Shown piece after piece: positions 49,188 through 57,497 of a stretch of 64,000 nucleotides of DNA (positions are counted from its first letter, which is position 1; each line of letters begins with the position of its first letter). The DNA is taken from the NCBI GenBank assembly GCA_036339465.1, contig JAYZAY010000059.1, positions 1 through 64,000 on the forward strand, given 5' to 3'. The notes beneath the pieces were generated by a model that was not told the DNA's origin, did no database searches, and saw only the letters and a list, made by a program, of their open reading frames with translations. The stretch comes from Myxococcota bacterium. Lineage in GTDB: Bacteria; Myxococcota; XYA12-FULL-58-9; JABJBS01. A program made the translations under genes and the position numbers.

Positions 49188-52169
49188 TTAATCCGTTGTG
49201 GATGCTTTTTCCTTTACGAATCCTTCGACTGCTTCAAAGAGGTTTTTGGTCTTTTCTGGGGTTGTCCCACCCCCTTGGGCTAAGTCTGGTTTTCCGCCAC
49301 CTCGCCCACCTACGATGGGGGCAAATTCCTTCATCATTTTTCCGGCATTAAACGTTTTCATAGCATCTTTGGTTACTCCAATTAAGAGACCTAGCTTGCC
49401 ATCATTCTGGCTCGTTAAGCAAATCACCGACTTTGATAGTTTGGAGCGCAGGCCGTCGGCGAGTTCACGCATGTCTTTGGAAGGGATCTCGCCGAGTTCG
49501 ACCATAATGAGCTGATAATTATGTACTTGTTTGGCTTCGCCCAAAAGTTTGTCAGCGAGTGAATTAAGTTCTGAGCTTTGATTTTGCCGTTCTAGTTTTT
49601 CGTTTGCTCGGTTCGTCTTTTGAATGGTTTGGACCGCCCCCAAAAAGTTGCGGCTGGTATCGGTTTTGAGTTGAACGTCACCGAAATCTTGCCCGTTCAT
49701 GAGGCGCGTTAGAGCAACCCACGTGTTCCTAATTTCTTTGGCTTCCGGAAATGCAAATTTTTCAGATTGGGGAAATGGGGTTGTTTCATAATTTGCTGAT
49801 TGGGGAGTAGTCCCTATCTTTTCGAGTTTCGTTTTTCGTTCTTGGTAGTTTTGCATCAAATTGCGAACCGCGGTGACGATGGTGTCACTATGGAGGGGCT
49901 GATCGTGGGTCGGGTTTTCGAGATACTTTTGAAGCTCTTGAAGTTTCTTGTGTAGGGAAAGGATACGTTTTTGGGCAGCATCGCCCACTTCGGCTTCGAT
50001 TCGGCGCACGCCACTCGCGATAGCTTCTTCTTTTTGGATGAGAAGTAACTCTATATCTTTGGTGTTATTGACATGGGTTCCACCACAGAATTCGATTGAA
50101 TTTCCCATGGTGATGATGCGAACCAAATCGCCGTATTTTTCTCCAAAGAGCGCCATGGCACCCTTTTCCTTTGCTTTTTCAAAAGGGAGGATATCGGTAC
50201 TGACAGGAAGTCTCGCTTGTACCGCCTTGTTGACGATTGCTTCTACATGTTCGAGAGATTCAAACGGTGTTGATTCAAAGTGTGAATAATCAAAGCGTAG
50301 TCGTGATGATTCAACTAAAGATCCAGCTTGGGCTACATGATTTCCGAGAACGTCTCGAAGTGCTTCATGTAGTAGGTGAGTCGCCGAGTGGTGGGCTCTT
50401 AGTTGGCGGCGTTCATGGACCGCATATCCAGCCCAGACGTGGTCATCCGGGCGGAGGTTCTCGGTATTGGTTTCTCCCCGACCCACAGTAAGTTCAGAGA
50501 TGGGCTTTCGGGATTCGCTAATGGTGACAATTGGTTTGCCGTCTAAGTCAAAGATCATGCCCCGGTCGCCGAGCTGTCCGCCGGATTCCCCATAGAATGG
50601 AGTCGGATTCAGAACAACTTCGATGGAGCCCGGTTGGGAATTTTCGGTTTCCTGGTTCCGCTGAATGATGGATTTTATTTGAGTTTTGGTGGTTAGGTAT
50701 TCAATTCCGTCAACTTCGAATATCTGCCATTCACCACTACGCTCAGCCAACGGGACTTGTTCATCGGGATAGCCCACAAAAGAAATTTGACCGAGATTTT
50801 GGGCGATTTCCATGTAAACATCGGCCACCGCTTCTTCGCCTATTTTGGAGTTTCGGCTACGTGAGCGCTGTTGTTCCATGGCGGCATCGAAACCTGCATG
50901 GTCGATGGATAGAGAGTGCTCCGAAGCGATTAGCTCTGTGAGATCTTTGGGAAATCCGTAGGTATCGTAAAGCTTGAAAATAGTTTCGCCGGAAAGTGTT
51001 TTTTCTCCATCGGGTAAATGACGGATCTCTTCGGATAGGATTCTAAGGCCGGAATCCATCGTTCGACGGAAGTTTTGCTCTTCTAGATCCACTACTTTTT
51101 GGATTAAAGAGGAAGCTTCTTTGAGTTCGGGATAGACAGGACTGAGTTGCTCCACAACGTCTTTACATATTTTACTGAGGAATAGCTTGTCGAAACCCAG
51201 GCGATGTCCATGGCGAATCGCGCGGCGCATGATTCGCCGCATGACATAGCCCCGACCTTCATTTGAAGGCTGTAGGCCATCAGCAATCAGAAAAGCACTG
51301 GTCCGAGCATGATCGGCAATGACGCGCATTGAGACATCGTCTTCGGCATTACTCGACTGATATTTCTTGCCGACAAGCTCACTGGTTTTATGTATGAGCT
51401 CCTTGAAGGCATCGGTATCGTAGTTTGTATTGAATCCAGAGATAACCGCAGCCAATCTTTCTAGTCCCATACCCGTATCCACGGATGGTGCAGGAAGAGG
51501 GTTTAGAAGACCGTCGGCACTTCGCTCGAATTGCATGAAGACGTTATTCCAAATTTCGATGACTCTACCGTTTTCGAAATCGTCTGGAGTAGGGTCCGAA
51601 CCTGTTTCGGTATCAAAGTGTATTTCTGTGCAAGGTCCACAGGGACCCGTGTCTCCCATCATCCAAAAATTGTCTTTCATTCCCATTTCAATGATTCGAT
51701 GATCTGACAGTCCAGAAATTTTCTTCCACAGGGACTTAGCTTCGGCGTCTGGGGGGATATCTGAGGTGCCCTCAAAAACAGTCACCCAAAGCTTGTCTTT
51801 TGGAACCTGGAGTTCTTTGGTTAAGAATTCCCAGGCAAAGTGTATCGCTTCTTCTTTGAAATAATCGCCAAAAGAAAAATTTCCAAGCATTTCGAAGAAC
51901 GTGTGGTGTCTATTTGTGCGTCCAACTTGTTCGAGGTCGTTGTGTTTACCAGATACTCTAAGACATTTTTGAGAAGTTGTGGCGCGACTGTAGGCGCGTT
52001 TTTCGCGGCCGACAAATAGGTCTTTGAACTGAACCATACCAGCGTTGACAAACATCAAAGTTGGGTCGTTCGCTGGAATCAGGGGCGAGGATTTTACAAT
52101 GGCGTGGTTTTGTCGCGCAAAATAATCTAGGAAAGCTTGTCGAAGCTCAATTGTTGTTTTTATTGTCAT
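49188..52169 (-). CDS. alaS: Alanine--tRNA ligase (993 aa, with insertions)
   Basis: FVNAGMVQFK, RHHTFFEMLGNFSFGDYFK, DTGMGLER, HSATHLLH, EFCGGTH, GGRGGGKPDLAQGG. Confidence 0.98.
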   Translation of the reverse strand: MTIKTTIELRQAFLDYFARQNHAIVKSSPLIPANDPTLMFVNAGMVQFKDLFVGREKRAYSRATTSQKCLRVSGKHNDLEQVGRTNRHHTFFEMLGNFSFGDYFKEEAIHFAWEFLTKELQVPKDKLWVTVFEGTSDIPPDAEAKSLWKKISGLSDHRIIEMGMKDNFWMMGDTGPCGPCTEIHFDTETGSDPTPDDFENGRVIEIWNNVFMQFERSADGLLNPLPAPSVDTGMGLERLAAVISGFNTNYDTDAFKELIHKTSELVGKKYQSSNAEDDVSMRVIADHARTSAFLIADGLQPSNEGRGYVMRRIMRRAIRHGHRLGFDKLFLSKICKDVVEQLSPVYPELKEASSLIQKVVDLEEQNFRRTMDSGLRILSEEIRHLPDGEKTLSGETIFKLYDTYGFPKDLTELIASEHSLSIDHAGFDAAMEQQRSRSRNSKIGEEAVADVYMEIAQNLGQISFVGYPDEQVPLAERSGEWQIFEVDGIEYLTTKTQIKSIIQRNQETENSQPGSIEVVLNPTPFYGESGGQLGDRGMIFDLDGKPIVTISESRKPISELTVGRGETNTENLRPDDHVWAGYAVHERRQLRAHHSATHLLHEALRDVLGNHVAQAGSLVESSRLRFDYSHFESTPFESLEHVEAIVNKAVQARLPVSTDILPFEKAKEKGAMALFGEKYGDLVRIITMGNSIEFCGGTHVNNTKDIELLLIQKEEAIASGVRRIEAEVGDAAQKRILSLHKKLQELQKYLENPTHDQPLHSDTIVTAVRNLMQNYQERKTKLEKIGTTPQSANYETTPFPQSEKFAFPEAKEIRNTWVALTRLMNGQDFGDVQLKTDTSRNFLGAVQTIQKTNRANEKLERQNQSSELNSLADKLLGEAKQVHNYQLIMVELGEIPSKDMRELADGLRSKLSKSVICLTSQNDGKLGLLIGVTKDAMKTFNAGKMMKEFAPIVGGRGGGKPDLAQGGGTTPEKTKNLFEAVEGFVKEKASTTD

Positions 52170-52288
52170 GGGCGCTTGGGTAACACAAGGGGGTGGCGGA
52201 CGGCAATCCGCACAGTTGAGTTCGGTGGCTCTCGTTGCCCGAAGTGGTACTTCCGTTGCCCAAGACAAAACTGCGAGGGTACGGGTAC

Positions 52289-52471
52289 CTACTCGTCTAA
52301 GAGGCCCTTATCGACGTTGAAGTAATGGCCATCATCGTCTTTGATTAGATAATGATTTTCCCAGGTTTCTAGGATTTCGATTTCATCGCCGGCCGAAAAT
52401 TCTGCTTCCTCTACGTCCCCATCCTTAGTGGTGATAAACTTCAGAGTGGTATCTGTTTTGAAATTTGCCAT
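52289..52471 (-). CDS. Small acidic SH3-like hypothetical protein (60 aa)
   Basis: GAGGAG SD before ATG 52471; FSAGDEIEILE..WENHYLIK...G pattern. Confidence 0.6.
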   Translation of the reverse strand: MANFKTDTTLKFITTKDGDVEEAEFSAGDEIEILETWENHYLIKDDDGHYFNVDKGLLDE

Positions 52472-52636
52472 TTCTAGGGTCTCCTCGAAGATCTTCGTGA
52501 TTGAAACTCGGTAATCCACTTGGGGAAAAAGCGCAAGAAATCCCAAGGTTCTTTTTTATCGACATGGGACTAAAGTGTTTAATACCAGACACTTAAGGTT
52601 TTTTAGACAAAGGCTAAATTGGCTTCATTTTTTTTC

Positions 52637-52664
52637 TTGACACCATGACGCGTTGTGTTATAGC
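52637..52664 (+). promoter_or_regulatory. Putative sigma70 promoter of the phasin-like gene
   Basis: TTGACA-16 bp-TATAGC with TG extended -10. Confidence 0.45.
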
Positions 52665-52736
52665 GTCTGTTGACGCAGAGCAGCATTTCGGTGTCGGGGG
52701 AGGTCTTAAAGCAGTGGCTTCCCCAAAAATTAGGAG

Positions 52737-53246
52737 ATGACGATGTCAGCAACAAAATCTACAGCTAAAAAGGCGCCCAAGAAGAAATCAGCGTCTGATA
52801 CACAAAAAACTAAGCAAACGCCTACCTTTAAGGCCATTGATTCTAGAGCTAAAGCTACAGAATCGGCCAAAGAGTGGTTGAACATCCTTCAAACGAAAAT
52901 AAAAAGCTTTGCCGAAGCCGAAGAGGGATTGGTCGCGGCGGTTAAGGACATGGTCGAAGAAAAAGGTTTGAATGCTTCAGAGGTAAAGAACTCTCTGGAT
53001 CAATTTATGGGTCGACTGAAAGCCAATGAGCTTTGGGAGCAAGTGCGAGGTAGCGGCACAGTTGTGACATTGAGCGACTACCGGAACGAGCTGGAGCAGC
53101 AAGTTGAGAATATTGTAACGCGCGTTTTGTCTGCTTTCCAGATTGCCAAGTTGTCAGACGTAGAAAGTGTTTCTAAGCAATTTAAGTCCTTGAATCGCAA
53201 GGTCAATGAGATGAACCAGCGACTCAAGACCCTTGAGACCGAATAA
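52737..53246 (+). CDS. Phasin-like (polyhydroxyalkanoate granule-associated) coiled-coil protein
   Basis: Lys/Ala-rich N-terminus, amphipathic helices, C-terminal VLSAFQIAKLSDVESVSKQF..LNRKV resembling the PhaI/PhaF tail. Confidence 0.6.
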   Translation: MTMSATKSTAKKAPKKKSASDTQKTKQTPTFKAIDSRAKATESAKEWLNILQTKIKSFAEAEEGLVAAVKDMVEEKGLNASEVKNSLDQFMGRLKANELWEQVRGSGTVVTLSDYRNELEQQVENIVTRVLSAFQIAKLSDVESVSKQFKSLNRKVNEMNQRLKTLETE

Positions 53247-53439
53247 TTTGATTTTCCTCGGAAACATCGCTTTTCCCAGCAAGTTTCCTTGGTGATGCGC
53301 CGACATGGTAGTTTTCCCCCTTCCCCAAAGTTGCTTTATGTCGGCGCGTCTTTTCCTCTTGATATCCCTTTCTTGTTCGTGAAAATACAGTCGTATCTGC
53401 CCACCCCAAAAACCGATCGGGTAACGGAGAACTTATTTC

Positions 53440-53826
53440 ATGTTAGCGACCAAGACCACAGAGGGAATCGAAGTTCAGGGAGAGTCTTTTTTTGTTCCTG
53501 AGCGATCAGCACCGCAGCGAAATGTCTATTTTTTCGCCTATAGGATCCGCATATTGAATCATAGTTTGAAAACGGTTCAGTTATTAACTCGACATTGGGT
53601 GATTACCGACGGTGCTGGCGTGGTTCAAGAGGTTCGCGGTGCTGGCGTGATTGGAGCTCAGCCAACCCTAGGACCGGGGGACAGTTTTTCCTATACTTCC
53701 GCTTGTCCATTGGGGACTCCAGTGGGAACCATGGAAGGCTCCTATCGGATGGAGATCGAGTCGGATTCCTTTCTGGATGTTGCGATTCCTGCGTTTACTT
53801 TGGCGGCACCAAATTCGTTGAATTAA
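53440..53826 (+). CDS. apaG: ApaG protein
   Basis: YFFAYRIRI, VQLLTRHWVITD, GAGVIGAQP, YTSACPL, GTMEGSY. Confidence 0.96.
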   Translation: MLATKTTEGIEVQGESFFVPERSAPQRNVYFFAYRIRILNHSLKTVQLLTRHWVITDGAGVVQEVRGAGVIGAQPTLGPGDSFSYTSACPLGTPVGTMEGSYRMEIESDSFLDVAIPAFTLAAPNSLN

Positions 53827-53837
53827 CGGATTTTCTC

Positions 53838-55517
53838 TTATTCTCTGGTCTCGTTAAACAGCGCGCATGAGCCTAGGAGCAAGCCTTCGAATAGGGTGGC
53901 GATTTGTTTATCTCTGATGCACTCGTTTTGGGTGTGTCCGGTGTATTGATCTTCGGGAAGGGAGGGCCCGAAGTTGATGGCACCCGGAAAGAGTTTTGCA
54001 TAGGTTCCACCCCTGACCGATTTTGCTTTATTGATTTGGTCGTTACTCACTTTTCGGTATGCCTTCAACAGAATTCTGGGGAGCGGAGAGTCTGGGGATG
54101 TAAAAGTGGCTTCTCCGACGTACGGCTCACGAACCATTTTGAGCTGCCAACCGAAATTATCTTGAAGGTTGTGTTTGACGGATACCAGCTTGTCTTTAAA
54201 ATTTTCAGAGGATTCTCCTATGGGGCGGCGAATGTTAATGCCTACTAGAATCGTTTTTTCTTGATGCTTTAGAATTGTCGGCGCAATGACGAGTTTTCCC
54301 ATGAGTGGGTGTGTCGTTGAGATACCAAGTTTTGCTCCGTAGTGGTCATTGGTCAAAAACTTATCGATGAATGTAAGGGCATCTAGGGTCGGGGATGGGT
54401 TGACGCCTAAAGACGTTACTAAGGAAGCTAGAAACCATATTGGGTTGCTACCTTCTTCTGGGGTTGAGGCATGGGCCGCCCGGCCCTTCACACGGACCAT
54501 CAGCCATCGTTCCAAGGAATTTGATTCTAGAGAAACTTCGAACGCATCCGCAGGAAACGTTTTTGATATTTTTTCAATGTGATCTCGAACCATTTCATTG
54601 GCTTTTTCTAGTGATAGAGGGGCGTCAATGCCGATTCGGATGATTCCATCGGGTGGGATTTGATTCAAAGTTTGGCCAGCGCCAGCAAAGTCAAGATTGA
54701 ATGGTGATGTCTTTGGAAGGGTTAAGCCGGTTTGTCCGAATTCGAGATACCAAGAGACATATCCAAATTCGCCATTAACGATTGGAAAGCTGGAATCGAG
54801 AGAGATCGGAAACGGGATCCTTGGAGTTTTTTCCGCGAAGGTCTCCATGCCCTTCCAATTGGTCTCTTCACCCGTACCGATGAGAAGTGAAATATTCTTT
54901 TTGTAATGGGCCGCTGTGGTTTTTAGTATTGGGAGTAAGGTCATGGCGACAGCGATTGGCCCTTTGTTATCCTCGCTCCCTCGGGCACACCAGCGGTCCG
55001 ATTTTCGTACCAATTGAAAGGGGGTGGTCATGCTATTGGTGGCGGGAACGACATCAGCGTGGGTTATATAAGCGATATCCCTGGGACCCGAGCTTGTGGA
55101 TATTTCCCAAACTTCATCATCTTGGTAGCTGGTGAATACTAGATTGAAGTGATTTGCCCAATCCATCAGGAATTGCTTCATTTTTAGAAATCCGCCATGT
55201 TCATTGGGGCTTTCATTTATTCGTACGGTACGGAATTGGACGAGTTGTTTGAGATAATGCAAGATTTGGGCTTTCCAGCAGGGGTGCTTGAGTGGGAAGG
55301 CATGTAAATCTGCGGAGGTAACAAGGGGGTGATGGGTATCGACGGAGGTACAGCTAGGGATGGACTGGGGGTTCCATTGGCTTTGAACATTCGCTGCTTG
55401 TGGGGAGGATGGTGTTTGTGCGTAAAGAGGAGGGGGCTTAAGGCTGTTGTGGGCCAAGGGGACCAATAGCAAGGCCCCTATCCCAAAATTTCGCGCGAGG
55501 AGTTTGTTCATTGGCAA
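53838..55517 (-). CDS. Exported M20-family metallopeptidase (PepV/Sapep-like)
   Basis: HADVVP, RGSEDNKGP, GEET, GRAAHAS, GGTYAK, HTQNE. Confidence 0.85.
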   Translation of the reverse strand: MPMNKLLARNFGIGALLLVPLAHNSLKPPPLYAQTPSSPQAANVQSQWNPQSIPSCTSVDTHHPLVTSADLHAFPLKHPCWKAQILHYLKQLVQFRTVRINESPNEHGGFLKMKQFLMDWANHFNLVFTSYQDDEVWEISTSSGPRDIAYITHADVVPATNSMTTPFQLVRKSDRWCARGSEDNKGPIAVAMTLLPILKTTAAHYKKNISLLIGTGEETNWKGMETFAEKTPRIPFPISLDSSFPIVNGEFGYVSWYLEFGQTGLTLPKTSPFNLDFAGAGQTLNQIPPDGIIRIGIDAPLSLEKANEMVRDHIEKISKTFPADAFEVSLESNSLERWLMVRVKGRAAHASTPEEGSNPIWFLASLVTSLGVNPSPTLDALTFIDKFLTNDHYGAKLGISTTHPLMGKLVIAPTILKHQEKTILVGINIRRPIGESSENFKDKLVSVKHNLQDNFGWQLKMVREPYVGEATFTSPDSPLPRILLKAYRKVSNDQINKAKSVRGGTYAKLFPGAINFGPSLPEDQYTGHTQNECIRDKQIATLFEGLLLGSCALFNETRE

Positions 55518-55673
55518 GCCATGCCCAGACTTTCTGTGAAAATCAATGATTTCGAAATACTGGTTACGGATGACATTGGCTGAGCTTTTCGTTATGAGTC
55601 TTAATTTTCAGAGGGGTGCCATGTTGGTTCTGGTTGCTATGTATTTCACTGAGACCCATAGGCGAGCAATCGG

Positions 55674-57452
55674 GTGATAAATAGAGATTCAGACTTGCCG
55701 GTGAATTCAATGCACGGGCTTTTGCATATTGTCTATATCGGTTTGCTGGGACTTGGGGGCTGGTTTCTGCTTTTTATGATTCGAGACTTGCTACCGGGGC
55801 GATTTGAGCCATGGCAGCAGGGTGGTGAGTTTGTTAGTGTATTGGGCTTGGTTACATGTGCTCGCTTGTTGGCCTTCCGGTATATGGGCTCGGCGCGCAT
55901 AGCGTTGGATTCGGTCTTTTATATCGCAATGGTTTTCATTTGGGGGACGTTGGTGGCCGCTTCTCTTGCCGCTTTAACGCTCACTATTGACGCGATTCTT
56001 AGGAACCCTGTGGAGCGCAGAAGTCGTGCGGTGACATATTATCCGCGCCTTCAGCGAGTCGCGGGGATTTTGTATAAGGGTGGCTTACCGGTTTTGGTGC
56101 TTATTTTCATGGGGGCCTTATTCAGTGATGGGTGGATGCTGGGCTCCGACAACGTTTCACTTATCTGGATGCTCTTTATTTTCGCGAGCGGTTTTGTTTT
56201 TGTTCATTATGTTTTGGTTGGATGGGGGCACTGGTTGGAAGGCGTAGAAACCGAAGCACTTGGTGATTCGATACCAAAGCTCATTGGGCAAGAAGTTTTT
56301 TTGATGCCTTTAGCTTTGGCCATGGTGTTGGCCTACCGGTACCAAGGACTTGGCTTTTTTCTCTTGTTGGGGGGCGTCGCTTTGATGATCAATGGGGTGA
56401 TTCGTCGCCTGGTTATCGTGAGCGAAAAATCAATTCGAAGGGCTTCTGATTTACAAGCGCTCTATGAGGTTGGGCGATCGATGTCTTCGAGTCTTGAGGA
56501 AGATAAAATCGTTCGAAATTTGGCTGCTTCGGTACAAAAGTTGGTGGGTTCTAAATCATACTTTATGCTGGGGCGACTCTCTCAGGGGCGAGATACGGTT
56601 CATTGCGTGGTTTTTGATGGCCGTGGTGATGTGGAAGGAGAGCACTGTTTGCCTGTGGGCCTCAACTTGCCGACGAGAGTGCTCGAGTCTGGTTCACCGA
56701 TCTTGATCGACGATCTCAGATACGAATATGTGCGTTTTGTGGGAGGTGGTTCCTATGGAGACGGACGGTTTTTGTCGTGGCTGGGGGTTCCCATGAAGCT
56801 TTACGATGAAGCCATTGGGCTGATGGCTGTGAAGGGTAAGGTGATGGGGGCTTTTACGAAGGCTGATACAACGGTGTTGTCGGCGATTGCGGATCAGGCA
56901 GCCGTGGCACTCGAAAATGCCCGACTATATGAAATGGCAACCGTAGACGGGCTCACAAAATTGTTTGTAAGGCGTTATTTTGACCAAAGGCTTCTAGAGG
57001 AGTGGCAAAGATCACTTCGGTATGAGGCTTGTTTTTCAGTGCTACTATTTGATCTAGATAATTTTAAGAGAATGAACGATCAATATGGCCACCAAGTTGG
57101 CGATCAGGTTTTACGGATGGCGGCTGGGGTAGTTCGGCAAAATATGAGGAGGATGGATACGGCGGCTCGGTATGGGGGGGAAGAATTTGCTTGTATTTTG
57201 CCGGGAACTCAGGCTGGAGACGCCTTTCAGGTTGGAGAACGTATTTGTGCCGAACTTGCTGCAACTGAGATTACCACAAGCGTAGGTACCTTGAACGTTA
57301 CGGCTTCGATTGGTATCGCGTCTTCGGATTTAGAGGAAATGAGTGAGCCGGATAAGCTGCTGACACTTGCAGATGTGGCTTTATACGAGGCAAAAAACCG
57401 TGGAAAGAACCAAGCTAGGTTGTATTCTAAGAAACTTAACAAGTTTGCTTAA
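55674..57452 (+). CDS. Membrane diguanylate cyclase (TM sensor-GAF-GGDEF)
   Basis: Multiple TM helices; SWLGVPM and ENARLY (GAF); DGLT, DLDNFK, RRMD I-site, RYGGEEF. Confidence 0.93.
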   Translation: MINRDSDLPVNSMHGLLHIVYIGLLGLGGWFLLFMIRDLLPGRFEPWQQGGEFVSVLGLVTCARLLAFRYMGSARIALDSVFYIAMVFIWGTLVAASLAALTLTIDAILRNPVERRSRAVTYYPRLQRVAGILYKGGLPVLVLIFMGALFSDGWMLGSDNVSLIWMLFIFASGFVFVHYVLVGWGHWLEGVETEALGDSIPKLIGQEVFLMPLALAMVLAYRYQGLGFFLLLGGVALMINGVIRRLVIVSEKSIRRASDLQALYEVGRSMSSSLEEDKIVRNLAASVQKLVGSKSYFMLGRLSQGRDTVHCVVFDGRGDVEGEHCLPVGLNLPTRVLESGSPILIDDLRYEYVRFVGGGSYGDGRFLSWLGVPMKLYDEAIGLMAVKGKVMGAFTKADTTVLSAIADQAAVALENARLYEMATVDGLTKLFVRRYFDQRLLEEWQRSLRYEACFSVLLFDLDNFKRMNDQYGHQVGDQVLRMAAGVVRQNMRRMDTAARYGGEEFACILPGTQAGDAFQVGERICAELAATEITTSVGTLNVTASIGIASSDLEEMSEPDKLLTLADVALYEAKNRGKNQARLYSKKLNKFA

Positions 57453-57497
57453 TCCCTTATTTTGATGTTGATGGATATTCGGAAAGTTAGGTGAAAA

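Noticed and set aside
49650..49920. Intein in alaS
   Set aside because: No N-terminal C/S block, no HN-(C/S/T) terminus, no homing endonuclease motif
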